DNA of 54,211 bases from Asterionella formosa (taxonomy: Eukaryota). The DNA lies in the NCBI GenBank assembly GCA_002256025.1, contig NKIB01007262.1, positions 62,001-116,211 on the forward strand, written 5' to 3'. The number at the start of each line of letters is the position of its first letter. Positions within the stretch are counted from its first letter, which is position 1. Under the pieces are notes generated by a model that did no database searches, was not told the origin of the DNA, and worked only from the letters and a program-made list of their open reading frames with translations. The position numbers were made by a program, and so were the translations under genes. Below, piece after piece: positions 12,785-26,770 of this stretch.

Positions 12785-13459
12785 CGTGGTAGCAACAGGT
12801 CGAACAGATGATTTGTTATCTGTTACATCTGACCCACCAACCAAGTCAACATACTTTCATCTTGGAACAGGTTGGCCTTAAGTGAGAACGACAAATTCTC
12901 GTGAGGATTTGTTTCAGTTGGAAATAACTGTTCTTCAATCTTGTATCGATAAAATTTTGAGCTCCTATTTAGATTTAAAAATGTTGAACGAAGTATTTGG
13001 ACGACTTCCTTGCAGTTCATCTTTGGACGACTTCCTTGCAATTCTTCTTTCAAGAAGGATGATGCTGTCTACGTGAAATCCATGATCCACCAAATAAACG
13101 AAATAGTTGCGCCCTTCAAATGGTATAATCATGCACCTCTTGGCCAAATTTCTGGATGCATCAAAATTGACAAAAAGTTAAAAATACTTGTAACTAATGA
13201 TAGCCCTTCTGGGATCAAATTGAAAAAGTTTACAGACTCATATCAAACCGCAGTTGAAAAGTGAAGAAGAAAAATTTCGGACGAAACGAAAAGGACCATC
13301 TTAGGTTCTTTGGGAGTGAAAAAGAACAAATAATGGACCATTGGGATCATCCAATCTCATCATTCCTTAGGATATTGTAGTACATGAAAACCTCTTAATA
13401 ACTTAACTAGTATTATGTGAAACTATATTATCACTATTATTTATATTATTCTTGTGTAT

Positions 13460-15890
13460 TTATCAACGTTCGCTTGTTAGTTTTTGATCCCACCCGATTG
13501 ATTTGTTCCATAAATGATGTGGAGGCATGGCAACATAAAAATTATCTTTCCGTATCTGTTCCAAAACTTCTTGCGGTTTCAGAGATTTCCTTGATTCCTG
13601 TGGTTTCAAAGCAGGAACAACAAATGCTGCCGAAAGTATGTTATGAAATTCAACAACGCTCAATTTAGCCACTTGTATCATTGCATAAGGTGTCTCCTCT
13701 TGCAAAAAAGCAGCATACGTTTATGAATTTTCATTTCAGTTGAACTTTTCAAGGAACGAATACACGCTAAGAGAATGGTTGTTGTGTTGGAGAAAATAAC
13801 ACTTCCCCAAAGAAGTAGTTTTGCCAGAACTGAACTGTGTAGGAACTTGATCCATCTCCTTTCTCCCAGTTCACTTCAACCCAGTCAAACCATTCACGAC
13901 GAGAGATTCCTGCTTTTGAATCATTATTCCATTTCGGATGCATGGCATCTGAGAATAGTAGTTAGGCCGGGAACGTTACTTTCAATTTTAACATGATAAT
14001 AAAAGTGAATCCTTAAAATAGAAACAGCACCAGGCCCAACCCCATCTTCAAGACTTTTTATTCTTGCTATTTCTATTGCTGAATTCGCAATGCTCTTTAC
14101 GTAGTTGGCCCCCTTCGGTAAATCAGGATGAACCAATTGAGACCATAAGAAGGGTGCATCCTTACTCCGTGATACAGGCCCAATCTTATCAGGGACACCT
14201 GCTATAGCCCATATACCATTTGATTATGAAGCAGAGAATTGAACTTTAACAAGAAGGGATGGCGAATGGATCTTGGAAGGCGACATTCCAAAATTATCAG
14301 GCGACATAGTAGGCAACATCCTTTTATCCTGAATCATTCCCTCGAAATCAATTTCTGTTGAAATACCCTCAGTTACATTCATATATACTACTTTACTCAT
14401 CTTATTTTGTTTGTTTTCTGTATGTAATGAATCACTTGCAAAAACAACTTTTCGTGCCAAGGAAAACTGCCTTGTTTCATATGACCTTGTTAAAATGTCA
14501 TGCTTTAATCGATGTAATTGTCCATTGACACGCTTACTGGGTTATTCGTTTCAATTTATCTTTCAAAAAAGACTCCAAATGTCTAACAAAGAAATTAAGA
14601 GGAGATCCGAACTTCCTAATCAGATGAGGGTAATGTTTCATTCCATGAAATTTTTCCATTCGTAAGCCAACAATTTGAGATATCATTTCCCGTTGGGGAC
14701 CAATTACAGTCTTAGTATCTGACATAAACCTTTTAATCATTTCCTCTAAAATATTAATACATGTTGATCTATAATGCGGTACTGGCATTGACCAGCAAAC
14801 CAACAAAACGTGATTGCAATTCACACTGTGCACGAAGACTGAGTTGAAATTTGGTCACACCAGATTTGTCTCCTATTATAAATCGTTCTCCACGGCTTGT
14901 CCTGCCTTTAAAATACACTGGAGCAAGAACATCACGCCAGACTTGGTATCCTTGGCTTCCCCTGTCAATGTCCTTTGACTGCGCAAAACGATAAAGCGTG
15001 AATGCCCACCTAATAAAGTCATCAATATCCATAGTCTGGAAGTTTTATTCTGTTAGACCAGCTGGTGTGTCACGAATTATGTAAGCATTTTTAAATTGAA
15101 ACGTATTTGATAAGAATATAATCACTAACTCAAAACATCATCATGCTTTGGGAGCATATCCCTGCAAGAACTTACCTAAGATTTCTTTAAATTAATTGAT
15201 TATACAAGCTTTGTGACAATTGATGGTTCTATTTTAGCTAAGCGGGAACTTCGTTTTGATAAGGCTGCTGAAATTGAAGATTCTTGATAACCTTGTATGG
15301 ACGAGTTTTGAACCGAATTACGACCTTTGTAGTGATTGAGTTTTTGACCAATTGATAATATCCTTTGGCAATTGCAAAGTGTTTTCCCTCAGTTTTTCAT
15401 GTACTTGTTGGTCAGTGCAATTACAAAATTTATGATATGGAACCATGTCATCCATCTGCGTCGGGGAGTTATTACTGGTATTATCGACAGGAGCATGCAA
15501 ATTGTACTCTTTTCCTCAGACAAGTTTCATTTATGGGGCAAACAAATTCATGTGGTGGTCTCATTTTCAATTTTCTACTCCTTTCATAAGTTGCAATGTA
15601 AACTAACAAACTTTCAACAGCACTACAATGGGCTTCTCCTGGATTGAAAAAAGTCCCGACATACTTTTGCGCATACTGGTCCAATTTTCTTCACAAAATA
15701 CAATAATTTTCCAATCATGGAACGATATTCTTTTTGGAGATGGACTTTGTCTGGATTCTTTCTCAGAACAATTCCTGGCAATTCTGGGGTCGATGTCTCT
15801 CTTGGATAGTTTCACAAAATATCATGATAATCTTGGAGCATAACTTATACAAATTTCTCTAGAATCGACTCCGAGTAGCTTTTAACTTTA
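13460..15890 (-). mobile_element. Decayed Plavaka-like (CACTA-related) transposase pseudogene
   Basis: Collinear ORF fragments with stops and frameshifts; EKFHGMKHYPHLIRKFGSPLNF...ESFLK resembles the KFH...HY...IR.FG...N motif of Plavaka/CACTA-type transposases. Confidence 0.55.
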
Positions 15891-15929
15891 TTTTGGCCCC
15901 AATCAGACCACACACCCAAATGTTTCTTC

Positions 15930-17270
15930 AAAAGGCCAGCTCCATGATTGTGAAGCGCTTCTTGATTTCATTTTTGAACCATTTAATATCGATTGGTCTT
16001 TCCAGAAATTGCAAAACCATCGACATGTATAGTAATTATTAGTATTAGTGCATTATTGCTTAAGTTTTGAACCATTTTCTTGAAGAAGTGTGACACTGTT
16101 TGAACTGTGCCATACATAGCCCTCTCCAACCTAATGCATTTGTTTTTCATTGTTTCTTGTGTTTCGAAACCAACTCTAAAACCCCATCTGGCCATTCAAT
16201 GCATATTTGCTCTTCCATATCTCTTTCAAGAGAAGCAGCTTCGACATCAAGGATTTCACAAAACCATTTCTATAACGAGAGGGCAAATAAGTATTAGTAC
16301 CAATTCCTTCAATAATAGTAATGACTTTTTTGTACCCTTTAGGTAACTTATTCATCATGTGTGCAATGACTTCAACCTCTGTCTTTTCGAATGATGTATC
16401 AATTTGACGCATGTTTTTGAGATCAATGAACCATTCATCTGGCTGGTTCCACTTTACTACTCCCCAAAGTACAATCTTTGAATTCGCCTGTTAGCTGAAT
16501 CAAATCAGTAACTTGATGAGGAGTACAGCAATCCTCCAAATACTGCCAGGCAAGAAAAGCATCTCCATCCATCAAATTTTTTTTCTTGGCTGAATTCACA
16601 ATCCCAAATGCAATCCCACTGACGCTAAGAATCAATAGCTGATATGTCTTGTCATTCAACTAATACTTCTTCTTCTCATCATTGTCAGCCAGTAGACACC
16701 AAATAGGTATCATCATTGATTGGCTTTGTGTCTTTGGCACACTCATGCCTAAAACCTTAAGATTTTTCTAGCTGACGAGTCTTGATACTCCACCCAGCAT
16801 GCCAAGCAGTCTTGCTTCCATCAAACTTGATCAAGCAAACAGTCTCACCTGATTTCTCATCAGCCGTAACCATGTCTCTAGACCTGTAGGTTTGTTTCAA
16901 AATGTGTTAAATTGTCTAGCTTTATTTGTTGAGAATTTCACAGATCTTACTTGTAAGATCACTAACGCTGAAAACGTATTTTCACTTTACACTTTCTTTG
17001 TAATATTGTGAGCTCTCTGTTAATAGTCTATCTAATCTTGTTCTTGCCTGATTCCTCATGTAATCCTTAACAAGATATCTCACTGTTTCCTTGATCTTGT
17101 CAATATGATCTTCCTTGCTTTGACAATGACAAAAGTAAACATTGCATATTAGTTTGACAATAAGTGAGCATCTTATTCACTTGTTAATAAGTAAGCATCT
17201 CAATTCATTTGTCAATAAGTGTTGCATGTCTTGGTTTCTAATCACTAAATATTATTGATCCTCAACTCAT
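15930..17270 (-). mobile_element. Ty1/copia remnant with internal deletion (putative 5' LTR, gag, then RT fragment)
   Basis: Gag-like YQLLILSVSGIAFGIVNSAK...GDAFLAWQYL...HMMNKLPKGY, then RT motifs DVEAA, CIRLERAMYGTVQ and IHVDGFAISG. The LTR (~16926-17270) is tentative. Confidence 0.75.
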
Positions 17271-17511
17271 TGGATTTCATATATTTATCACTGCACTACC
17301 AATATGTGGCTTCGGAAGTACCAATGTACTCCAGTATTATATTTCTTTCAGTAGTTGCTACTGTACCAGCTAGAACGTAAACTGCTAAGCTAGTCTCGCT
17401 ACGTAACAGACTTACCAAGCTGAAGTGGAAAAACACCAGAAAATGGTGCTCAACCACGTTGCCAAGCTTCAAATCAACAGTTGAATCCTTGTAAAACCTC
17501 AGAATATTAGG

Positions 17512-20500
17512 CTATAGAACCACACTCGAACATCGTAACTCAACAAGGTTATCAAGGATAAGATCAACAGTTGAACCAATAGCACTGGCCAAGTCTTCTT
17601 GGTCAGGAAGTGACAGGTCACAGTATTGAGTGACGAGATCACCATCAATCACTCCTTTTCGCCGGTCATTGCTACGACATCCACCGCGTCTAGGGGTCCG
17701 CCGGTACAATCTAAAGGCCCGTGGATTCAGGGCACAGTTACTCTCAAGTGCATTTGCCATGACACTTTGCAAAGCAGCCAATCTCCAGTAAACTGGCTCA
17801 CTCAGTGGGACCACTGCTCCAAAGCTGCCATCAGAAGTTCCGTAATGCAAACCTAGACGCTGGTCATCGTCAGTTCTCCCAAATAAGGAATCTTGTGATT
17901 TCAAAGCAGCGAGGGTACTGGTTGGCGTAGCTGAGTTGATTAGTAAACTCGATCGACAAAAGTGGCTTTGCAGAGCAACGGTTTGAGATCCTAAATGAAA
18001 ATCAGCTCGACAAACGAGCTTGTTTCCTCCCCTCGCTGCGGGATCACCAGGAGCGTATTGAAAGAACTGTAGGTTCTGCCGGTCATCATGGACGACGAAC
18101 GACATAGATCCTCCTCGGCTCATCAAGCCCGATGCAAACACTGGGACAGGTTCATAATCCTTTGCTAGTAGAGTCAAACTCTTGTCTGACTCCCGCCATA
18201 CGAGAAAATGCAAGGAGTCGTACGCGTCACTGAGAAGAAAAAATGTCTTGAAAAGCATGATGTCAAGGATTTGCATTTGTGCGCGAAAGAAACCAACCTG
18301 TGTCAGTCGGCCTCTCCCCCATTGTTCGACATTGATATCTGACCCTGCGCCGATGACTAGACGACTTCGTCCTTCACAGTTTAGGCATGTTAATGATGTC
18401 ACTGGGCCTTGGTAGACATCTTTCTGAAAATGCAAGGAAAGTTCGGCAACAGGCGATCCAGCTGCAAGAGCAGCCTCATCCTCGCGCTTGACTTCAAATA
18501 AAAGAATTCGCCCTTTGGAACTAACATCTTCGCCATCACCATCGACAATAGCAGTTCCCACAGTGATGAAAAGAGTATCCGGCCAATCATTATTGTCGCT
18601 GGGAGGACCACCCGGTTCTTCGTCACACTCGGTCAATGACATGACCTGCATAGTCAGTCCGTGTTCGAATTCACCAAGCTCATAAGAATCAACGACATTC
18701 CAGTTGTTGGACGCATCTACAATCCAGACTGCATATGCGGAAGCCTTGACCGGAGGGGCTCCACCAAACGTAAGGTCAACCTCAAAACAGTCCTCTCGTT
18801 CGATCTCCTCTACCCATTCCTGCTCCATATCAAAACCACCTAGGTCCGCTTCGACTTGCCGCTTGGTCTTCGCACTATCTCTCTCCTCCTTGATCCTCCT
18901 TCGCTCCATGGCACTCATACCATCTTCATTCAACTCTGATTGATCCTTTTCCACTTCGCGTGAGATGAGGACAGCGTAGAGTGGGTGAGCACCTGATGAT
19001 ACATGAGAGTCGTCGATAAATTGAATTCGGCGAATGGTCACACCAAAAAGTACTTTTTGAACTGAAAATCCACTTCCCGGCATTAAACCATTTGGGACAA
19101 AAATATTTGAGATTCTGGACAGAACATTAGAGGCGTCGTGATATAAAAAGTATAGAAAGACTACAACAAAGGAAAAGGTACAAACTTACCCCTTGAAAAT
19201 AGTAAGGCGTTGGCTTCCAACGCGCCCAATACGTTCGTGCAAGGTGACAAACCCATTACCAGATTCGCGTTGGTAGTCCTACAAAAAAAAGTGTAAGTCT
19301 TGATAAGGTAGCTAGGAGGAAAAAGCTATGACACACTAACCTTGAGACCAGAACAAAATCCAGTGATCGGCCTAGCCCTTCCCCCGGCAGGTGCAACATG
19401 CCTCAACCGATGATGAAGGAATTTCAGAGAGCCCCTCTCCGACACTAACCAGAGGGGCCTAGCGTTCGCGGCAAAAAGTCCATCATGTCCTGAAATTCCA
19501 ACGAACCTATGACATCGATTATGTCGAAAGGAAACGAGATCAGACATACATTCATCTGGTGCAGTCTTTGAAAGAATGCCTTTTCTTCGTAATTTTGAAT
19601 GATGTCGAGATTGTTCCTTGCTCGGGCGCTCCGAAAGTCGCATCGGCTGGCGTCCAAAGACGCAATTACTCCCCTTTTCTTGTTTATAGATGTGAAAGTC
19701 TCCAGAATCTGTTTCAATGGCAATATAGAGAGGATGAGAGGCAAAGCGTAACTGAGAACGCTTCGAAGATGCTGACGAATCTGTCGTGCCACAAAAGAAG
19801 AAGCGGATTTCACTAGTGAACATTTTATGTAGCCTTGGTTTGCGTGTGGCACTCGTATTCTCGTTTAGGCTTTCAAGTGCAGCACCACCATGACCGCATC
19901 CGCTTGTTTCCCAAACAGGCTGTGGAAAATTTCCGTCTGCAAATTCAGACACTTTGAAAACTTGAAGTAGACCAGATATCCTCACAACGGCTATGTAGCT
20001 CGTGAACGTGCTTCTAGTATTCTCGATGACGATTTGCGCGTTGTCATCAACACATGGCGCCTTAAATTGAGTCCCCGAGTCCCCGTACAACTCAAGCTCC
20101 TCTTCGTCAAATCCATCGTTAGCTAGAATGTCCTTCTCCCTTTGCGCAAATGGACTGCCCAGCCTTTCTTCTGCGCGAACAAACAAATCTTCGGCAGCAG
20201 AGAATACGTCAATCGCCGTTATTCTGTCACTTTGGTAAAAAAACTCTTCTTCATCTTCCCCAATATTGTCAGCTTCATTTTTGACTGTACCTAGAATCAT
20301 CGTCATATTGACGCTGTTGTCATTGGCAACAGTTGCAACCGTGGCACAACCAGTGGACCAGACACACCCGAAATACAACAGATCGCCGTTGACATCCCTC
20401 TCGATGGGAGTTACCGAAAGCAGGGCTCCACCTGACATGGATTCTACTAATGTGTGATCAAGGACTTGTAGTTTGCCATTTACTTCCGAAAGAATAACTA

Positions 20501-22790
20501 GTGCATACGAGAAGCCGTCGTCGGACTTCACTAGTAGCAAAATATGACCATCATGGAGTTCTGATGCGCTCAACAGCGTTGTCTGAGTTAGAACATAGCG
20601 CGCGTCTGCAAAAGTCCCCTCCGTTTTCTTGTCGGAAATTGACCATGATTCGAGATCAACTTCATTGAATTCAATATCGGAGGGTTGGTGGTTGCCTTGC
20701 TCCACCTTGACAGATGATGGTGGTTGCATACGAAGTACACTCATTCCTGCGATTCCTTCCTTGTTTGGGGTCATACCCATAACGATAATACCGCGTTTCG
20801 GTAAGCTAAAAATAGATTGAGCATTTAAACAATCTGCTTCAGCCAAAATGGAAGCATCATCTCGGCCAGGAGTCGTCACCAACGCAAGACCTCCACTTGA
20901 ACCGTAACCGCATGGCAATACATGAGCCGTGCCTCCAAGAACAGGTGATTTTGGTTTATCCCAAACGTTGTCAGCCGTATTCGTTGTTGGCTTTGCTGCC
21001 GATACGGGACCTTCACAGCCAGGCCCGATCGGACCCAACGCTGTGATCGTGTCAAGCGTTGTCAGCGAGCGAAGGACTGAAATGCGCACCAAGTTTGTTC
21101 GCTCTCTCTTTCTCTTGATTTCATTAGATGCCATTTCATTCTCTTCTTCATCACTACTTGGAGGAACTACATCTGGAGTTGTAAGTGCTTTTGAAGCTCG
21201 CGCTTCACTCGTAGCTCCAAATGGAGCATAGAGAGCCTCTTCTTCGCCGCGCATAATGATTTCATACTCATCTTCTTGTGCTTCCATCCCCGTTTCTTCA
21301 TTCGTCCCCCATTGAATTGATCGTATCTTTCTCTTTTTCATTCCTTCTAGCTTGGCTGTATCACCTAATGTAATGCCCGACTCCAATGTGTATCCTAAAA
21401 GAGTTGAATCTCCAATGCGACTTCCAACGAAAGTAATTCCCATGGAAAGATTGTTCGAGGCTTTCGATCCCAACAAATTCTGCATGATTTCTTTTGGTAT
21501 GCTTCCAAAGGGAAGCGTAATCATGTCTCCCACCTCACCAATGCCACGAAGACTTCGTCCCAACGGCATCATGTTCCAGCCATCCCCTATATGTTGTAGA
21601 CAATAGAGCTGACCATTTCTTAGTGACACGAGAGCAACAGAATCATTTATAAATGTCAATCGAGATCCGTCCAATTGAATGGAAAGTCGAGGAAGAGGCC
21701 ACGGATTTGGTTGCAGTTGGTCCAACAGCTCGGCAGGGCACGTCGACTTTGCCCACCCATTGACAGTTAGAATACGGCTCACTCGACCGCAATTTTCAAT
21801 GTCAAATACTTCATTCGGACCCACCACCAAACAACCAATCTTTCCGATGGAATATAATTTGCTGGCATCAGAAGGTACTGCAACAGACCACAAAACGGCA
21901 GCCTGTCGATGCGAGACAGTGACCGTCATTGCGGTGGCTAAGAGACCGTAGGCCGTTCCTCCAGCACCGTGAGGACGGCCCAAACGGCCAGACCAAGTCC
22001 ACCCATGTTGAGGGTTAGAGTGTAGAAGCACAATTGTTGGTTCCAAGTAGCCAGGTAAAAAACACGAGGATATAACATCTCCAAATCCATGAGCAATGGA
22101 TTGTTGGTTGGAAGCTGGATTATTTTGAATGGAGGAAGCCATAGCAGTGGCTTCGACAGAGGATTTCAAGTTCTTTTTCAGAATTGATAGCGGAAGTAAA
22201 TATGGCTCCAAGGCATTCCAAGAGTGCATTCCTTTCGAGGTCTTGATTCGTAGAAGCGTGATAGCGGCGACGGCAACGCCGCCCCCCAAAATCACAGCCA
22301 ACGTCACTAAGTTTGGATTCTTTTGCTCTTTTGAAGCCCGGAGATCTTGCTCCAACGGAGTGACTGATCCCAGAGAAGCTTCTAGGAGTGCAGGTGTCAG
22401 GTCCAACAGGGAATTCGCCATAAGTATATAGCGTTCCGATGTGACCGTTTGTGGAGGTGCAGAAGTGACTGAAACCACCGCCAATCGAGGATGTCCCGCA
22501 AAGCCAATCAAGAGCGAATCAGATTCATCTCCAGGAGATGGAATTGAATCCAAATAGCAAATGCTTCCAGACAAACCTGCAAAGGAATGTTCGAGCAATA
22601 ACTTGCCTGTGGACTCTTCGATGGAATAAATCAGGATCGACGAGTTTTGGGCCGTCACGAGATTTGGAAGCTCGTGCTTCCCAGTCGTAATATGTGCCCA
22701 TGTGGAATGCTCAGACCCCTGGTTCCCTTCAAAAACCGATAGCACACAGGGATGCAAAGGCCGTGCGTTGGGTGCTGCCTTGGAGGCCAT
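17512..22790 (-). CDS. CPSF1: Cleavage and polyadenylation specificity factor 160-kDa subunit; exons 22790-19341, 19278-19190, 19114-17512 (~1713 aa)
   Basis: CPSF_A/DDB1-like motifs FVGSRIGDSTLL, CGYGSSGGL, GEDVSSKGRILLFEV, LVCRADFHLG, LNPRAFR and VIDGDLVTQY. Introns 19340-19279 and 19189-19115 are GT-AG and restore a continuous frame. Confidence 0.93.
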
Positions 22791-23173
22791 GGTGAACTAA
22801 TTGTGTTTCGATCCTTTTATGGTGCCGATGCCATCAAATCGATGGATGATGTACACGGAATACCTGCATCAAAAGACTGCCACCGGCACCAAGTCAAGTT
22901 GCGGTCATTTTGCTTAAACAAAGTACCTGGTACCAGGTAAAGAGTAGCAATTCTTTCTATGTGTTGTCGTCAACATACCAGTACTCGAATTATTTTTACC
23001 GACCGGTAATATAACGGGTAGACAACTGAAACGTGTAATTAAATGATGAATATAGTACAAATATTTATGTAGATATGAACGGACACTATACTACCGGTAA
23101 GTAGCGCATTACACAAATTATGACTAGATTCGTAGTGTATATAAATTATAAGCTTACTGGTCAGGATAGTCAG

Positions 23174-23246
23174 TCCGCTATGATGTAGGTGGTTAACATA
23201 CTTGCCTTTCACGCAGGATCCCCGGGTTCGAGTCCCGGTAGCGGAA
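23174..23246 (+). tRNA. trnE-TTC: tRNA-Glu (anticodon TTC)
   Basis: Acceptor stem TCCGCTA/TAGCGGA, D-arm ATGT...ACAT, anticodon arm CTTGC-CT TTC AC-GCAGG (TTC at 23208-23210), T-arm CCGGG-TTCGAGT-CCCGG. Confidence 0.96.
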
Positions 23247-23351
23247 CAGCTGTTTCTATTTTGTAGTTGATGTTCGTTTTGCTCGAGATGGACAAAGCAC
23301 CAAAACATTGTGTCAAAAGAAGCAGCCAATTCAAATCTTGTTATTCATAAT

Positions 23352-24580
23352 GGGCGCACTCTGATAATTAGAAATTATTATATCATGTGTATTATAACAC
23401 AAATCGTTGTACCCATAACCCCAAATTTTGGTCAACACAAACACAAATTTTTTACAGTTATAAATAAAAGTGCATTATATAAAAAGATGTTTAGGCATGA
23501 ATGACTATATAGAATTTCCCGGAATATTTCAAGACTTGCTTGCTCATACTCAAAATGACTTGCTCTTGACAAAATAGGTATGCATGTTGCATATCGTTAC
23601 ATATCGATCAACTCCTCAATACATCAATCATCATCGCTTTTAGATTTCGACCATGTCTTCATCTTCTTTTGGTCAAAGGAGAGCAGCCAGGGAGGGCTTC
23701 CCTTCCTCTCCAAGGCTGTTTGAACGTCGCCGTCACCAACAAGAGCAACAACAGACTCAAGCAGAAGAAGAGGAGGACGAGGACGACGACAAGAATGAAG
23801 ATGACACTGGTGCTGAATCATTCGCCTTGAAAACCTCAACCAAGCACTCAATGAACCATGAGTTTATCCGAAAATAATCTGATGAATCGTGTAGGAACCA
23901 CGAGTTCTGGTCCATGCTAACCCAAGCGCTAGACAACTGATGGAACAGAGGTATCTTTGCCGACCTTTCTTGGTTGTTGAATTTCTAACAATGAAATCCG
24001 TATTTTTCCTACAGGGAGTAAAGGAATAAAAACAAGGTTTGAACAGCTGGTGTAGGAGCTCGAAAGAAGCATGGTCAAACCGACACAAGGTAATCAGAGC
24101 ATCATCATGCTTGCTGTTGAACAAAGTCCAGAATGGACTTGATAATGGATGCTGTAGTGCGTGGCGACGGATTTTGCCACTTCTTCTTCTGACCTCATCA
24201 ACAGTCAAACTTTCCCTGAACGATGGCATCTTATTTACTGGTGGATAGCACATTGCTAACAGTAGCAATGTGATCATAATGTCATCATCATCATCATCAG
24301 GAGATGAGATGAAAGTCGACATGGTCAGTGACCGATGATGATGAATATATAGAACTCATGCATATAATGAACAAGAGGCGGCATAGCATACAAGAGGATG
24401 CATCAATATGAAAATTTAACTGCTGAAAATTAAAGTTAAAAATATATATTATGTCAGAGAAGTAATCTAAAATATCTCTATTATCAGAGCGCAAGGACGA
24501 TATTATGTAGCAGATCACCAGAATAATTTGTGTTATAATACACACATGATATAATAATTTTTTATTATCAGAGCGCGCCC
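23352..24580 (-). mobile_element. Non-autonomous PIF/Harbinger-superfamily element (1229 bp) with ~55-bp TIRs and AAT target-site duplication
   Basis: Left end GGGCGCACTCTGATAATTAGAAATTATTATATCATGTGT matches the reverse complement of the right end ...TTATTATCAGAGCGCGCCC. AAT flanks both ends (23349-23351, 24581-24583). An internal transposase N-terminus (24322-23864) reads GRQRYL...CLALGLAWTRTRGS...IIFG. Confidence 0.88.
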
Positions 24581-25304
24581 AATACATGCATGGATCCGAG
24601 GGAATGGCTTCGTGTTTTAGCATTTTACCCTTGATCTACTAAGGTATTGTGGTTCAATTCCTGCAATATTTTGAGAAGCAATTGTTAGGTTCAACTCCCA
24701 CACTACTAACTGTCCCAAATGGTCATGCATGGTGTGCAAGAAAAAGTGGTTGCCCGATACAAGCCGCTTGTGCCACCTTCCTAGGTGGTTGGAATTTCAT
24801 TTACACTGTGGCTAAGTCCATCACCTTTTGCTAAAGGTGGTTGGGAATCACCTTTGTTAAGAACAAAACTAGAGAAGCACAGGTCTTTTCGGCAGGTAGC
24901 ACCATGAATGCTTGCCTTGAAAAGGGGAGTAGAAAGCAAGGGCTATAAAATGGCTTCTGCAAATAAAATTTCGAAATAAGATCATGGGAATCATACGATA
25001 TGTGGCACAGAATTTTATGCCACATGATACTTATTTTGTTATAAGTATGATAAATGTATTGTATAATTATATGATCATGTCAAGTAGCTATACTTTTAAT
25101 AAACAACACACCATTTAGTTATCAAAACATTATCTTATGATGTACATTCTTTCATCATATTTCTAGCTTACCATGATGGTAAGTCTAATCGAAATAACTG
25201 TTGAAAATAGGTTGAAATGGATTGTAATTTTACTGCTAATTCTAGAAATGATTTTTATGTTTATACATTCTGTGCGGTCACACAATGTTTCCATTTTCTA
25301 TTGT

Positions 25305-25545
25305 CTCAACGATGCTCTTGATGCATCATGCCTCCTGCCTCCCTTAAATGCACCTGATACATGATGCCTTCTTCTGCCTATCATTCAATGCTCTTGATGC
25401 ATGCCTCTCAGCTCCATTTAATACTCTTGATGCCTGATACCTGCTGATGCCTGAGGCCTCCTGCCTCCCGCCTGCCTTTCACTCTGATTTTGAAACTCAT
25501 TTGACTGCCTTCTGTCTATCCCTCCTCTTCTGTTTGCTCTGATTC
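25305..25545. repeat. Low-complexity degenerate repeat (TGATGC/CTGCCTC-rich)
   Basis: Recurring ATGCTCTTGATGC and CCTCCTGCCTCC motifs. Confidence 0.6.
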
Positions 25546-26209
25546 TGAATGCAAATGCGCTATTCTATTGTTTATCCATTTTGATTTCCTAAACATACTA
25601 ACAACAATCAGAAGGAATTTTTGGTCGTTAGCCATGTTTTTCAAACCTCAACATTGCAGTTCCATTTTATTATGCTTCACCCACCAGAAATCGATGTATG
25701 GTAGCCCTACCCCTAACCCTAACAGTCCTTACACCAATGTTATGTATAACTTACAACAAAACTTTTTGATTACAATTATCCTGAAAGATAAAAAACATAC
25801 ATGTGTCAGTTATGTTCTAACAGTTGAGCATTGATCCAATGAGAGCACTTACCAATTTTGTTTTTTCGACATTGGTGGTTTCCCACCTAATGCAAAATGA
25901 GCTATTGAATCGCTAAGGAACAAAGAAATCATTAAGTCTTTGTGAATCCAGTCAACAATCGATCATCCTGACATGTAGCTGTACCGTAGATAGATTCCAT
26001 TCATTTTTCCATTTTCAATCCTTCGCCAAGTCGCAAGGTGTCGTATCATTGTGTTGTATCGTCACTTCAGTTTTCCTTTTGATGTGGTTCTTGATGTGAT
26101 ATATCATTCCAGGATGTGTACCGGTATGCATGACAAGGAACCGTTGAACATTGTTTTCAAATGTATTAGTCCTGTAAACTTTTAAAAAACTGTAATATAT
26201 AAATATAAA

Positions 26210-26770
26210 CAGTTGAACACTTTCATAGATCAAAGCCACACTTTTTATATCGCACATTGTATGTATTCTATCATCTGTTAAGCTTTTAAATAATTCAAAT
26301 ATATACACTGCAAGAGGATATCATTGTTTTCCACGACTTTCTGGTAAGAAAAGATTGCCAATAAAATTATTTCATGGATAACAATATTTAGCTCTTTGAT
26401 CTTCTTTTAAAATCTATATATCCTACTACTTAAAGTTAATTTTGATCATTCATTTTTTTATGATATCATTATCAAATGATCTATATGCACTTATCTATCA
26501 AATAGGAAATAGACATAATACTTTACAGATAACCATATTGCATACCCTCCATGACCAATAGATACCAATGCTACGTTGCTTGTACGAGAACATGTTCTTG
26601 CGTACCCTTCATCACCTAGTATAGATACCAATGTCACCTGTTTTGTACGAGAATGTGTTAAAGTGTACCCTCCGTCACCTTTAGATACCAATGTCACCTT
26701 GCTTTTACGAGAACGTGTTCTTTTGTACCATCAAGCACCTGAATAGGTACCACTGTCACCTTGTTTCAAC
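26210..26770. repeat. Dispersed repeat copy 2 with ~4 units of the 60-bp repeat
   Basis: GATACCAATG at 26561, 26624 and 26684, with a degenerate unit at 26746. The flank is homologous to 4800-5330 with an internal deletion. Confidence 0.85.
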
